Shown: one piece after another, positions 44,362 through 54,987 of the stretch
How the letters are laid out: each line of letters starts with the position of its first letter
How positions within the stretch are numbered: the first letter of the stretch is position 1
Assembly: GCA_965207375.1 (NCBI GenBank)
Contig: OZ242274.1
Span: 1,824,001-1,888,000, forward strand
DNA: 64,000 bases
DNA from: Nitrosopumilaceae archaeon
Lineage (GTDB): Archaea > Thermoproteota > Nitrososphaeria > Nitrososphaerales > Nitrosopumilaceae
Direction of reading: 5' to 3'
Translations under genes and position numbers: made by a program
The notes under the pieces: model-generated
Databases searched by the model: none
Told to the model about the DNA's origin: nothing
Seen by the model: the letters and a program-made list of their open reading frames with translations, nothing else

Positions 44362-47300
44362 TTGGTTCACGTAAAAAAGGTTGAAATTTTTGGCTTCAAG
44401 TCATTTGGTTTCAAAAACACCACAGTACAATTCGAGCCTGGCCTGATGTCAATATCGGGGCCTAACGGATCAGGAAAGAGCAACATCTTAGATGCCATAA
44501 TTTTTGCAATGGGTGAAAACAGACCAAAGGTGATGAGAGTTGATAAACTTCGTTCTTTGTTACACGACATTGAGGGACAAAGGCGCGGCTCAAAAATGGC
44601 AAGAGTCAATGTAACATTTGATAACTCTGATCGCAAAATTCCAGTTGATGCAGATACTGTAGATATTACAAGGGAGATGGACGATAAGGGGGAAAATAAC
44701 TATTATCTAAACAAAAAACACATCAACAGAACTCACATTCTAGAACTGCTCGATGTTGCAAATGCGGGTTTAAACCAACTAAATGCAGTGCAACAGGGAA
44801 CCGTAACCAAAATATCTGAATTCTCATCTGAAGAAAAACGACAAACAATTGAAGATTTAATCGGTCTATCATATTTTGATGAAAAAAAAGACGAATCAGA
44901 AAAGCAGTTAGATGAGGCAGATAGAAGATTAGAAATTGCTCTTGCCAAGATGGGAGAAATTAAAGGACGAATTGACGAGTTAGAGGAAGAACGGAATCAA
45001 AAATTGCGTTATGACATGTTAGAGCGCGAAATTAACAAATTCAATGCAATATCTGCAGCTAACAAACTCAAAATTGTCAAATCCGCAAAGTCATCCAAAC
45101 AAGAAGAGTTTGATGCAGTTACCTCAGATAGCACTCAGATTCATCAAGAACATGACGCTATTCGAGACGAAATTAAAAGTCTCGAGGCCGAAAAATCAAA
45201 ATTCATGGACGAGGTAGATGCTTACAACAGGGTAAAAACAGAAATCGATTCGGAATTAAGTGACCAAAGGCGCAGGTATGAAGAAATTAACAGTGTTACT
45301 GTGGCCGCACAAAAAAGAATATCTCAAATACAAAAGCGAATACCTGACATTGAAGACTCTATTCGACAGTTACATGACAAGCGCGGACAAACAGAATCCA
45401 AAGTCACAGAAATTAAAAACCACATTGAAGATATTAAAACATCTCGTGAAAAAATTAATCGCCAGCTTGAGGATTTAGATGGTCAGAGAGCTGCCGTCTT
45501 GACACAACAGTCTGAAATTGCAAAAAACAAATCAGAGATCGACGGTAAAATTCAAACACTTACAGACAAGCTAAATGCAAGCAAGTTGGCCTCCTCCAAG
45601 ATTGAATCACAAAAGGATCAAATCGATAAAAAAATTGCGTTGACCATATCATCCCAATCACGATACAAGGAACAGTCTACAGAGGTCTCAGAATTGCTTT
45701 TAAAATATCAACGCAGGATGCAAAATCACACCAATTCCATAAATGAAATCAAGTCTCAGCTGTCAGCTCTGAATTCAAAACATGAAAAAATTGTAAGCGA
45801 GATTGAAGATATCACACAAGTCTTGGAAAAATCTAGCAATGCAACAGCACAGTATGAGGCCAAAATTAAAGTAGTCAAAGGCATAATGCATGAGGACTAT
45901 ACAATTGCAAAATTGCAAGAGTACGGCGATAAATTAGGATTAGGATTAGTTTATCAAAAAATCTCCTGGAATAAACAGTATGAAAGAGCAGTATTGGCAG
46001 CAGGTGCAGACTGGATTAAGGCATTTGTCGTGCAAGACTTTGCAACCCTGCTTTCCCTTGCAGAGATTGCACGCGATAAAAAGCTGCCCAAACTCAAAAT
46101 TATCCCAATGGAGGCCATACCTGATTTTAAAATGTCGGTTCCAAATGACAAAGGAGTAATTGGAATTTTATCCAACTGTGTCAAATCCACGCCCGAATAT
46201 GCAAAATTAAAGACATTTTTGTTTGGAAATATCATTTTGGTAGACTCTAAAGAAACAGCATACAGGATATCAAAGGTAGGATACAGGGCAGTGACAGTTG
46301 AGGGTGAGATGTTTGAAGCCAAGGCAAGTGCAGTTACAATTGACATTAATTCCAAAATATCAAAGCTGACCAAGATCATCACAATGAGCTCATCAGTAGA
46401 GGGACTGATTCAATCAATTAATTTGCTCAAAAAATACATATCTAAAAAGAAGCATGACAAGACAAAGATTGAAAACTCTATCTCAGCAACACGGGACCGA
46501 GAGAATCTGTCCAAACAAGAGCTTGTAAAAACCAAGCAAAGCCATTCTGATTGGCAGCTTAGAAGTTCAGAAATTGTAGAAAAACGTGCGACATTTGAGA
46601 GTAGACTGCTTGAATACGCTAAACAAAAAGATATTCTAAAAGCCAACGCCATAAAAGAAAAATCCCACAGCGATTCACTTGAGCAAAGAATCCGCATGGT
46701 TAAGGAAAACTATGCCGATGGAGAACAATCTAGAATTGCAAATGAGTTGTCTAGACTAAATGAAAAAAAATCAGAACAAGAGAAAAAACGTACAGAGGTT
46801 CTTGCAGCGCTGTCCCAATATTCTACAGAGCTAGCAACAATAAACGCAAGTGAGACAAAAACAGAAACGCAAATTTCCAATTTCAACGAGGAAATAGCCG
46901 CCTTAAAGCAAGAGCAAACAGAACTAGAGGCCAAAATTCAAAATTCTGCTCAAGAAAAAGAAAGACGCAATGCAGAATTGGTAAAGCTTCGAGACAAAGA
47001 ACAGGAACTTATTGCAACATCGGGCACATCTGTGACAAAGCTCAAAGAATACGATGACAGACTGTACGAGCTAAACGGTCAGGACAAAGCTTTGACTAAA
47101 AAAATCAACAGTCTAGAACGGCAATCAGACTCGCTGTCTCGAGATTTGGAGGAATTGACTAGGCGGCAAACTCAGCTATTGCAGATTCTTGACTCGTTTG
47201 GCTTTGATGAAAATATAGACACATTTGATGTAGAGTCCATAATTGATGGATTAGAGTCAGAAAGACGCACTCTTACAGAAGTAAATGCCAAGGCCCCTGA

Positions 47301-47880
47301 AAAATATCTTGAGGTATCTACAGGATATCGCTCAATGTCTACAAGAAAGAATTCACTAGAACAAGAGCGCAACTCTATTGTCAAATTCATAGAAGATATT
47401 GAAAAGGACAAGCGACAGACATTCCTTGATGCATTTGACAAGGTAGACAAGGAAATTCGACTAGTCTTTACCAAGATGACCGGCGGTAACGCATGGTTAG
47501 AACTACAAAATGAAGACGACATATTTGCTGCAGGAATTTCCTATGTGATTCAATTCCCAAACAAACAAAAACGTGAATCTACATCAATTAGTGGAGGAGA
47601 AAAAACCCTAGCAGCAATTGTATTTGTGCTAGCACTCCAAAAACTAAAGCCTTCACCGTTTTATCTATTTGATGAAGTCGATGCGCATCTAGATGCACCA
47701 AACTCAAAACACCTGTCAAAAATTCTTGAAGAACGCGCAAAAGAAAGCCAGTTTATCATGGTGTCCCTCAAAGATTCGGTAGTGCAAAAGGCCAAACTGA
47801 TCTATGGAGTGTTTCCAAAAAACGGAGTCTCGCACGTTGTTGCATACAAAGATAGACGCATGCCTAAAATGACTAGCTAG
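44362..47880 (+). CDS. smc: Chromosome segregation protein SMC
   Basis: GFKSF, GPNGSGKSN, coiled coils and hinge, SGGEKT, LFDEVDAHLD. Confidence 0.95.
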   Translation: MVHVKKVEIFGFKSFGFKNTTVQFEPGLMSISGPNGSGKSNILDAIIFAMGENRPKVMRVDKLRSLLHDIEGQRRGSKMARVNVTFDNSDRKIPVDADTVDITREMDDKGENNYYLNKKHINRTHILELLDVANAGLNQLNAVQQGTVTKISEFSSEEKRQTIEDLIGLSYFDEKKDESEKQLDEADRRLEIALAKMGEIKGRIDELEEERNQKLRYDMLEREINKFNAISAANKLKIVKSAKSSKQEEFDAVTSDSTQIHQEHDAIRDEIKSLEAEKSKFMDEVDAYNRVKTEIDSELSDQRRRYEEINSVTVAAQKRISQIQKRIPDIEDSIRQLHDKRGQTESKVTEIKNHIEDIKTSREKINRQLEDLDGQRAAVLTQQSEIAKNKSEIDGKIQTLTDKLNASKLASSKIESQKDQIDKKIALTISSQSRYKEQSTEVSELLLKYQRRMQNHTNSINEIKSQLSALNSKHEKIVSEIEDITQVLEKSSNATAQYEAKIKVVKGIMHEDYTIAKLQEYGDKLGLGLVYQKISWNKQYERAVLAAGADWIKAFVVQDFATLLSLAEIARDKKLPKLKIIPMEAIPDFKMSVPNDKGVIGILSNCVKSTPEYAKLKTFLFGNIILVDSKETAYRISKVGYRAVTVEGEMFEAKASAVTIDINSKISKLTKIITMSSSVEGLIQSINLLKKYISKKKHDKTKIENSISATRDRENLSKQELVKTKQSHSDWQLRSSEIVEKRATFESRLLEYAKQKDILKANAIKEKSHSDSLEQRIRMVKENYADGEQSRIANELSRLNEKKSEQEKKRTEVLAALSQYSTELATINASETKTETQISNFNEEIAALKQEQTELEAKIQNSAQEKERRNAELVKLRDKEQELIATSGTSVTKLKEYDDRLYELNGQDKALTKKINSLERQSDSLSRDLEELTRRQTQLLQILDSFGFDENIDTFDVESIIDGLESERRTLTEVNAKAPEKYLEVSTGYRSMSTRKNSLEQERNSIVKFIEDIEKDKRQTFLDAFDKVDKEIRLVFTKMTGGNAWLELQNEDDIFAAGISYVIQFPNKQKRESTSISGGEKTLAAIVFVLALQKLKPSPFYLFDEVDAHLDAPNSKHLSKILEERAKESQFIMVSLKDSVVQKAKLIYGVFPKNGVSHVVAYKDRRMPKMTS

Positions 47881-48835
47881 AAATATCTACAAAACATGCA
47901 ACAGAACGGTCTTTTAATTTTTCCAGATTCGGTTCAGTACTGCACTTTTCAATGGCATACGGACATCTTGGCCTGAATCTGCACCCATCATGTGCAGTTT
48001 CCAAAGTATCGCAGATTCTGATCTGTTTTTGTTTAAACCGGTTATCAGGGTCAGGTTCAGATAACGCATCAATTAGTGCCTGCGTATAGGGATGTTTTGG
48101 ACTCAGCAATACCTTGTCAATTGCACCCATCTCAATTATTTTGCCCAAATACAGTATTGCAATCGTATCTCCAAAGAATCTAGCAGTGGCCAAATCATGT
48201 GTTATGTATACAAAGGTAATGTTATGTTTTTGCCGAAGATCCCTCATCAATTCCAAAATCTCTGCTCGAATTGAGACATCAAGCATGGATACGGGTTCGT
48301 CGGCGATAATTACTTTGGGCTTTAGTGCTAGTGCCCTTGCTAGCACCACCCTCTGTCTTTGTCCCCCAGATAACATGTGCGGATATTTTAAAGTGATTTC
48401 CTGGACAGGTTCTAATTTTACCTCCTTTAATACGTCTAACACACGTTTCTTGCATTGCTGCTTGTTTCCAAAATTATGAATTTGTAATGGTTCTAAAATT
48501 ATATCTTCAACCTTCATTCTAGGATTAATCGAATCATACGGATCCTGCTGGATCATTTGGCACTGTAATCTTATTTTTTCAAGGCTTTTTGTATTGTGTT
48601 TAATCTCTTCTCCTTCAAAGATGATCTTTCCCGAATCCTGTTCCATTGATTTTAAAATTAATTTTGCAATAGTTGATTTGCCGGAACCAGATTCACCTGC
48701 AATTACAAATACTTCCCCTTTTTTCACATAAAAGGAGACATCGTCGCTTGCCCTTACAACGGATTCTTTTTTTCCAAAAATTGATTTCTTTATAAAATAC
48801 TTTGTAAGATTTTGTATTTCCAAAATTTTATCCAT
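47873..48835 (-). CDS. Oligopeptide/dipeptide ABC transporter ATP-binding protein (OppF/DppF-like)
   Basis: GESGSGKST, LSGGQRQR, HPYT, CRFRPRCP. Confidence 0.9.
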   Translation of the reverse strand: MDKILEIQNLTKYFIKKSIFGKKESVVRASDDVSFYVKKGEVFVIAGESGSGKSTIAKLILKSMEQDSGKIIFEGEEIKHNTKSLEKIRLQCQMIQQDPYDSINPRMKVEDIILEPLQIHNFGNKQQCKKRVLDVLKEVKLEPVQEITLKYPHMLSGGQRQRVVLARALALKPKVIIADEPVSMLDVSIRAEILELMRDLRQKHNITFVYITHDLATARFFGDTIAILYLGKIIEMGAIDKVLLSPKHPYTQALIDALSEPDPDNRFKQKQIRICDTLETAHDGCRFRPRCPYAIEKCSTEPNLEKLKDRSVACFVDISS

Positions 48836-48920
48836 GACACACGGATCAAGTGCCCGTATATCAACAAAGTGAAAATGTACCATAAAGCATTTATGTTAAA
48901 AAAATAGACTGCAAAAATAC

Positions 48921-49949
48921 TTGACAACCAAATTACAAGCACCTCATCATGAAAAGCATGTTATCAGTGACAGATTATGCTACTACAAGCACAAAACAGG
49001 ACATATGCAAAAGACATTTGCGCACGAGATATCTCACAGTTTGCAGCAAGATTGCAAATACATATCTCCCAAATTCTTTTACAATCAAAGGGGCTCAGAA
49101 TTATTTGAGCAAATTTGTAATCTTCCCGAATATTACCTGACAAGAACCGAAATCAGTATTCTGTCGAGTATAAAACAGGAATTGCAGTCATTTTTGGGAG
49201 GCAAGTTTCGCCTAGTTGAGCTAGGCAGCGGGGCATCAATTAAAACAAGACACCTTTTAGATGTGTTAAAAAGGCGCCAGTCTTTTATTGAATATGTACC
49301 AATCGATGTTTCAGAGTTTTTAGAGGAGAGTACCTCAAGTCTGCTTGAAGATTATCCCAATTTGAGCATAGTTGGAATAATGGACACATATGAAAACGGT
49401 CTAGAGTTTATAGGCAATTATGACGACTTTAATAATTTAATTGCATTTTTTGGTTCTAGCTTTGGCAATTTTCCACTCAAGGAAGGCAAAATATTTCTCA
49501 AAGCCATCTGGAATTCGATGAAAGGTGACGACCTGTTTTTAATCGGATTGGATCTGATAAAGGATAAAACGATTTTGAAAAAGGCATATGATGACTCTCA
49601 AGGCATAACTGCACAGTTTAATCTAAACGTACTAGATAGAATAAACGATGAGCTTGGGGCAGATTTTGATTTGAGTTGCTTTTCACACCATTGCACATAT
49701 AATCAAAAAGAGCAACGCGTTGAGATGTATCTACAGTCTCTGAAAAATCAAAATATCAGTATTCCAAAGGCCAATCTTTTGCTGTCTTTGAAAGAAGATG
49801 AGCTTGTACATACCGAAAATTCCCACAAATTTTCCATTCCTAAAATCTATTCGCTGATGGAAGGAGAGGGATTTAATGTGTTAAAAGTATGGCAGGATTC
49901 TGAAAAGAAATTTGCTGTGATTCTGCTGTCTAAAAATCATAGGTTTTGA
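48921..49949 (+). CDS. egtD: L-histidine N-alpha-methyltransferase
   Basis: PKFFY, LFEQICNLPEYYLTRTE, ELGSG, AYDDSQGITAQFNLN, TENSHKF. Confidence 0.9.
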   Translation: MTTKLQAPHHEKHVISDRLCYYKHKTGHMQKTFAHEISHSLQQDCKYISPKFFYNQRGSELFEQICNLPEYYLTRTEISILSSIKQELQSFLGGKFRLVELGSGASIKTRHLLDVLKRRQSFIEYVPIDVSEFLEESTSSLLEDYPNLSIVGIMDTYENGLEFIGNYDDFNNLIAFFGSSFGNFPLKEGKIFLKAIWNSMKGDDLFLIGLDLIKDKTILKKAYDDSQGITAQFNLNVLDRINDELGADFDLSCFSHHCTYNQKEQRVEMYLQSLKNQNISIPKANLLLSLKEDELVHTENSHKFSIPKIYSLMEGEGFNVLKVWQDSEKKFAVILLSKNHRF

Positions 49950-51244
49950 GCGCATCTAAAGCCTGAAAACATCCATCTTTCAGACAATCTGAAAAAATTC
50001 CTATAACTGTTTCTTATTGATGCTGTAGGAGTTGCAAATGAACCGCCCCTTAGCACCTTTTGGTTTGTAAACCATTTGTCATTGTATTCGTCAAATCCAG
50101 ATTTAAAGCCAGGATATCCTACAAACTCAGAAGATGTCCATTCCCAGACATCTCCGATCATTTGATAACATCCATAATGACTTTGACCGTCTTTATAGCT
50201 TCCAATTTCTGCATTTTTCCAAAGATGGGATTCTAACAGATTGCATCGGTGTGTAGTAGGCATGTCATTTCCCCACGGATATGTTGTTTTGATCTGTTTT
50301 GTTGGATTCCATGATGCAGCCTTTTCCCATTCTGCCTCGGTTGGGAGCCTTTTGCCTGCCCATTTACAATAGGCATCTGCCTCATAATAGCTCACATGAA
50401 CTACAGGTTCGCTTGGATTTATCTTTCGTATGCCATCAAAATCTCGAGTATACCAGATATTGTCCCTTTTCTCCCAATACATTGGCGCCTCCCAATTGTT
50501 TTGTTTTGCAGTCTCAAAGCCGTCAGACAGCCAATATTTATAGTCCTGATATCCTCCCGCATCAATAAATTCTAAAAATTCTTTGTTGGATACGGGAAAT
50601 TTGCTTATTTGGTAATTGTCTAGATAGACTTTGTGTTCTGGTAGTTCAATATCGTAGCAAAATTCTTTTCCTGCATATCCCATTTGATAAATTCCGCCGT
50701 CAATTGGAATCATTGTATTTTGTGTCTGAGGCATTTTCTTTGGTTGGTTTTTTTCAACAGGCACATACTGTTCTGCCAAAATATGCTGTAGATCATATAC
50801 AAGTAATTCCTGGTGCTGGCATTCGTGGTGAAACCCCATTACAAACAGATTTTTGCCCTTCTCATCTATTGTGTTTTTTTCAAGAAAATTTGTGACTCGC
50901 AGATTTATTATATCATAATACTGAAATATTTGATCTAAGGTAGGTCGTGAAATTATGCCTCTTTTGCCCTTATCATGTGGTTCTCCAAACTGATTATAGT
51001 AAGAGTTGAGGTATTCTGAAAATTCTTTTGAATAAAACTCATAATCGGGATTAATTTTGCTTAAAATTACCTCATATAGCCAGCTGACGTGGCCAATGTG
51101 CCATTTTGGTGGACTAGTATAAAATGCAGTTTGAACAACAAAATCATCTTTTTCTAATGTCTTGACAAGTTTCATCGTCATGTCTCTAGTAGCACAAAAT
51201 TGCTGCAACAGTGAGGGGCCGATATCTTGAGAGATGGTTGCCAT
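49937..51244 (-). CDS. egtB: Ergothioneine biosynthesis sulfoxide synthase
   Basis: SPPKWHIGH, HHECQHQEL iron site, FGE-sulfatase domain (RLPTEAEWE, GDVWEWT). Confidence 0.9.
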   Translation of the reverse strand: MATISQDIGPSLLQQFCATRDMTMKLVKTLEKDDFVVQTAFYTSPPKWHIGHVSWLYEVILSKINPDYEFYSKEFSEYLNSYYNQFGEPHDKGKRGIISRPTLDQIFQYYDIINLRVTNFLEKNTIDEKGKNLFVMGFHHECQHQELLVYDLQHILAEQYVPVEKNQPKKMPQTQNTMIPIDGGIYQMGYAGKEFCYDIELPEHKVYLDNYQISKFPVSNKEFLEFIDAGGYQDYKYWLSDGFETAKQNNWEAPMYWEKRDNIWYTRDFDGIRKINPSEPVVHVSYYEADAYCKWAGKRLPTEAEWEKAASWNPTKQIKTTYPWGNDMPTTHRCNLLESHLWKNAEIGSYKDGQSHYGCYQMIGDVWEWTSSEFVGYPGFKSGFDEYNDKWFTNQKVLRGGSFATPTASIRNSYRNFFRLSERWMFSGFRCAQNL

Positions 51245-51279
51245 GGCGGGTTTTGAATTCTTGCTATTTTTATGTCTGT

Positions 51280-52722
51280 CTAGTATCCACGCGCAAATAA
51301 CGGGACCGACCTGCTCTGTTTGTTGCAATATATGCACCTGCCATCAGAGTTTTCACTGCCAAATGGTATCACTCTGATTTCGCCGCCTGTTTCTTCTTTG
51401 ATTTTATCCTCACATAATTTATCTTCACACCAATGTGCCTTTAGGAATCCGCCGGTTTCAATGCATTTTTTGAATTCATCATACGTTGAGACTGCAATAG
51501 TTTTCTCAGCAAGCATTGCAGTTGCCTTCTTTAGCATTGATTTTTGGATGATTTGCAGTGTGTCTTGTGTTTTGCTTGTAATTTCAGGCAATGCCACGCT
51601 GATTTTTTCTTTATTGTGTCTTGTAGCCAAAATTGCTGCATTGTTTGCAATATCTTTGGGGCCGATTTCTATTCGGATCGGAATTCCCTTCAATTCCCAG
51701 TCATTGAATTTATAGCCAGGAGTAAGCTCTGCTCGTTTGTCTATTTTTACGCGTATATTTTTCTCTTGAAGCTGACTTTTGATTTCCTCTGCCTTTTGGT
51801 ACACTACTGTCTGATCTTTTTCTTTAAAAATTGGAACAATTACTACCTGGATTGGTGCCACTTTTGGGGGCAGTACAAGCCCGGTATCATCACCATGTAT
51901 CATAATCATTGCCCCAATCAGTCTCCAAGATACACCCCAGGAGGTCTGCCATGCAAAGTGTTCTATATTGTCTTTATCTGCAAACTTTACTTCAAACGGC
52001 TTTGAGAAATTTTGGCCAAGAAAATGTGAGGTTCCCATTTGCAGTGCCTTGCCGTCTGGCATTATTGACTCCATAGTTGTAGTATAAATTGCTCCTACAA
52101 ATTTTTCCTTTTCACTTTTTCTGCCTGCGACTACTGGAATTGCTAGTTCGTCTTGTATGGTATTTTTGTAAATTTCCAAAATTTCAGCAACCTCTTGTTC
52201 TGCTTGCAGTTGTGTTGTATGTACGGTATGTCCTTCCTGCCAAAGAAATTCAGACGTTCTAAGAAACGGCTTTGTAGCTTTTATTTCTGCCCGAAGTGCA
52301 GTATTCCAAAAATTAATTTTTAATGGCAAGTCTCTCCAGCTTTGTATCCATTTTGAATACATTGAATATGCCAGTGTCTCAGATGTTGGACGTAGTGCCA
52401 GTCTGTCCCCTATCTCGTTTGTTCCAGAGTGAGTCACCCAAAATACTTCAGGATCAAATCCCGAAAAATGCTTTTCTTCTTTTTTTAATAGTGATTCTGG
52501 AATTAATATTGGCAAAAAACCATTTCTGATTTCTCTTTTAGAAAATTGTGCATCTAGTGTCTCCTTTAACGACTCCCAGACAGAATAACCATCAGGTCTT
52601 AAAACTATGAGGCCTTTTACCGGTGCATAGTCGGCAAGTTTTGCCTTGATTACTACCTGCGTGTACCATTCACTAAAATCCTGCTCCTTTGTAACTGAAA
52701 TTCCTACCTCTTCTTTACTCAA
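51280..52722 (-). CDS. proS: Proline--tRNA ligase (archaeal type)
   Basis: RPTSET, EFLWQEGH, SWGVSWR, C-terminal FARGY. Confidence 0.96.
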   Translation of the reverse strand: MSKEEVGISVTKEQDFSEWYTQVVIKAKLADYAPVKGLIVLRPDGYSVWESLKETLDAQFSKREIRNGFLPILIPESLLKKEEKHFSGFDPEVFWVTHSGTNEIGDRLALRPTSETLAYSMYSKWIQSWRDLPLKINFWNTALRAEIKATKPFLRTSEFLWQEGHTVHTTQLQAEQEVAEILEIYKNTIQDELAIPVVAGRKSEKEKFVGAIYTTTMESIMPDGKALQMGTSHFLGQNFSKPFEVKFADKDNIEHFAWQTSWGVSWRLIGAMIMIHGDDTGLVLPPKVAPIQVVIVPIFKEKDQTVVYQKAEEIKSQLQEKNIRVKIDKRAELTPGYKFNDWELKGIPIRIEIGPKDIANNAAILATRHNKEKISVALPEITSKTQDTLQIIQKSMLKKATAMLAEKTIAVSTYDEFKKCIETGGFLKAHWCEDKLCEDKIKEETGGEIRVIPFGSENSDGRCIYCNKQSRSVPLFARGY

Positions 52723-52799
52723 TTATGACGTCTTTTCAAAATTCATTAATGAGTTTTTCGTGCTTAATCTTTGACATGAATTTGAGAAGGTTATAGTAT

Positions 52800-53090
52800 C
52801 TAGTCTAACGGATCGCCCTTACAAAGAACTTGGCCCATTACTCTGCTCTGAAAGTTGGGACATACAAAACATTTGATAAAATGTGTATCCTCTTTGAGAA
52901 TCGGGCATTGTACATATTCTTGCTTCATGCGCTTGAGCATCTTTGGGCTTACTCCTTTGAGTTTGAGTTTGCCTTTATCGTCCATCATTCCGGACTCTTT
53001 TAGCTCAGCCTTTGTATCTTCTGGTATCTTTTGGCGTTTTTCGGTAGTTTCAATATCTACTTCAAACTTGTGTTCTAATTCATCAGACAT
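52800..53090 (-). CDS. Hypothetical Cys-containing protein
   Basis: 96-aa ORF with CP...CFVC...C. Confidence 0.65.
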   Translation of the reverse strand: MSDELEHKFEVDIETTEKRQKIPEDTKAELKESGMMDDKGKLKLKGVSPKMLKRMKQEYVQCPILKEDTHFIKCFVCPNFQSRVMGQVLCKGDPLD

Positions 53091-53197
53091 ACATGAACCA
53101 ATAATATGAAGGATTTATTGCTAGCGATCTGATTTGGGCGTTTTCTTTAGATTCTGTAGGGTTTGGCACAGCAGCAGTAGGTAACAATTTATACAAT

Positions 53198-53437
53198 ATG
53201 GCTCAAAATTTTGTTCGTATGAGCAGTATTGTGCAGATAGCAGCAATTGTTGCAATTGCCTTGGCAGGAGCTTATGTAGGGTATCATGCTTGGCAGGACT
53301 CACTTGATTCACAAGGTGTAGTACCGCATGGGGTTGATTTTGGGTACGATTCCCAAATAGATGGTACCATGTATAATTCTCAAGTTTCTAATCAACCCGA
53401 TCTGATCGCCTCTAGTTTTGCCCAAACAGTAATTTAA
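53198..53437 (+). CDS. Hypothetical membrane-anchored protein
   Basis: N-terminal hydrophobic segment; lies just upstream of serB. Confidence 0.5.
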   Translation: MAQNFVRMSSIVQIAAIVAIALAGAYVGYHAWQDSLDSQGVVPHGVDFGYDSQIDGTMYNSQVSNQPDLIASSFAQTVI

Positions 53438-53450
53438 TATTGTTAGACTA

Positions 53451-54110
53451 ATGGGCAAAATCAGAAATCAATTGCTTGCTATTTTTGATGTTGAAGGAGT
53501 ACTTTTTGATGCAGAGTATCTTCCAATTTTAGCTGAAAAGCTAAACAAGGAGGACGAAATATGGGAAATTACAAAAAAAGGAATTCAAGGTGCAATCAAC
53601 TGGGAGGAGGGTCTGCGCACCAGAGTTGATGCGTTACGCGGATTAGATTATAAAACGTGTCAGCAAGTAGCCGATGATTTGCCAATCATGACAGGTGCAG
53701 TAGAGGCATGCAAAGCACTCAAAACAGCAGGCTGGAAGATAATGGCAATATCAGGAGGATTTACAATCATGACAGACCGGTTAAAAGAAAGATTGGATTT
53801 GGATCATGTTTATTCAAATGAATTAATTTTCAAGGATGGAAAACTTGACGGCGTGACCATCAATGTTGATTCAGACAAGGCAAAGTCTGCCCGAAAAAAA
53901 ATTGAAGAATGGGGAATCAAAAAGGAGGACGTTGTAGTAGTAGTAGATGGTGCAAATGATTTGAAATTGTTTGATATTTGCGGATTAGGGATTGCATATA
54001 GGGCACAGGACAAAGTCAAAGATTTGGCAGATGCAGTGCTAGAGGAAAAAGATTTATCAAAAATCCTAAACATCATAGACATACACTACAACATGTCTGT
54101 TCAAGCATGA
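53451..54110 (+). CDS. serB: Phosphoserine phosphatase (HAD family)
   Basis: FDVEGVL, ISGGF, DGANDL. Confidence 0.85.
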   Translation: MGKIRNQLLAIFDVEGVLFDAEYLPILAEKLNKEDEIWEITKKGIQGAINWEEGLRTRVDALRGLDYKTCQQVADDLPIMTGAVEACKALKTAGWKIMAISGGFTIMTDRLKERLDLDHVYSNELIFKDGKLDGVTINVDSDKAKSARKKIEEWGIKKEDVVVVVDGANDLKLFDICGLGIAYRAQDKVKDLADAVLEEKDLSKILNIIDIHYNMSVQA

Positions 54111-54216
54111 ACCGACATCATAAAATTATGCATGAATTTGAGAGGATGTTTTTTCATATAGATAAACAGGGTATTTGCAGGTATACACATAACTTTTACC
54201 ACAGTTTAGAACAAAT

Positions 54217-54948
54217 ATGAGCCTACAAGTATTGCCCGTTTATTTTGATGAAGATATCAATTCAGGCACCGAACTTGTTTCTTTGATCCTCTCAAAAATA
54301 GATTTGGAGGAAAATGACATACTAGTTGTTTCGCAAAAAATTATCTCCAAACAGGAAGGAAGAATTGTGCATCTAGATTCAGTTACACCCTCGTTACTAG
54401 CTGAGGGAATTTCTGCTGAATATGACAAGGATCCGAGAATTGTAGAATTGATTCTTTGCGAATCTAAAAGAATTCTCAGAATGTACAAGGGCGTCATAAT
54501 TGTAGAGACTCATCACGGATTCATTTGCGCAAATGCAGGAATAGATCAAAGCAACGTAGAGCTTGGTAGTGCAACCCTGCTGCCAGTAAACTCGGATGCA
54601 TCTGCTCACAAATTAAAGCATCAAATTCTTGAAAAATCTGGTAAAAATGTAGCGGTCCTAATTTCGGACACCTTTGGCAGGCCATTTAGAATGGGACAGA
54701 CAGATTGTGCAATTGGGGCCTGTGGAATTAAAAGCATTGTAGATTATAAAGGAACATTAGACAGCATGAGACGCCAATTGCGTGTTTCTGAAATTGCCAT
54801 TGCCGATGAAATTTGTGCAGCAGCAGAACTAGTAAAGGGAAAATCCGATGGATGTCCGGTTGCCATTGTCAGAAATTTCAAATTCAATCCCGCAGATACT
54901 GCAATTAGTACCTTATTGCGTCAAGAGGATGAAGATCTGTTTAGATAA
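54217..54948 (+). CDS. cofE: Coenzyme F420-0:L-glutamate ligase
   Basis: KIISKQEG, ANAGIDQSN, DTFGRPFR. Confidence 0.92.
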   Translation: MSLQVLPVYFDEDINSGTELVSLILSKIDLEENDILVVSQKIISKQEGRIVHLDSVTPSLLAEGISAEYDKDPRIVELILCESKRILRMYKGVIIVETHHGFICANAGIDQSNVELGSATLLPVNSDASAHKLKHQILEKSGKNVAVLISDTFGRPFRMGQTDCAIGACGIKSIVDYKGTLDSMRRQLRVSEIAIADEICAAAELVKGKSDGCPVAIVRNFKFNPADTAISTLLRQEDEDLFR

Positions 54949-54987
54949 TCCAATAGGATTATAATCTCACCGCCAGCATTTTATGCA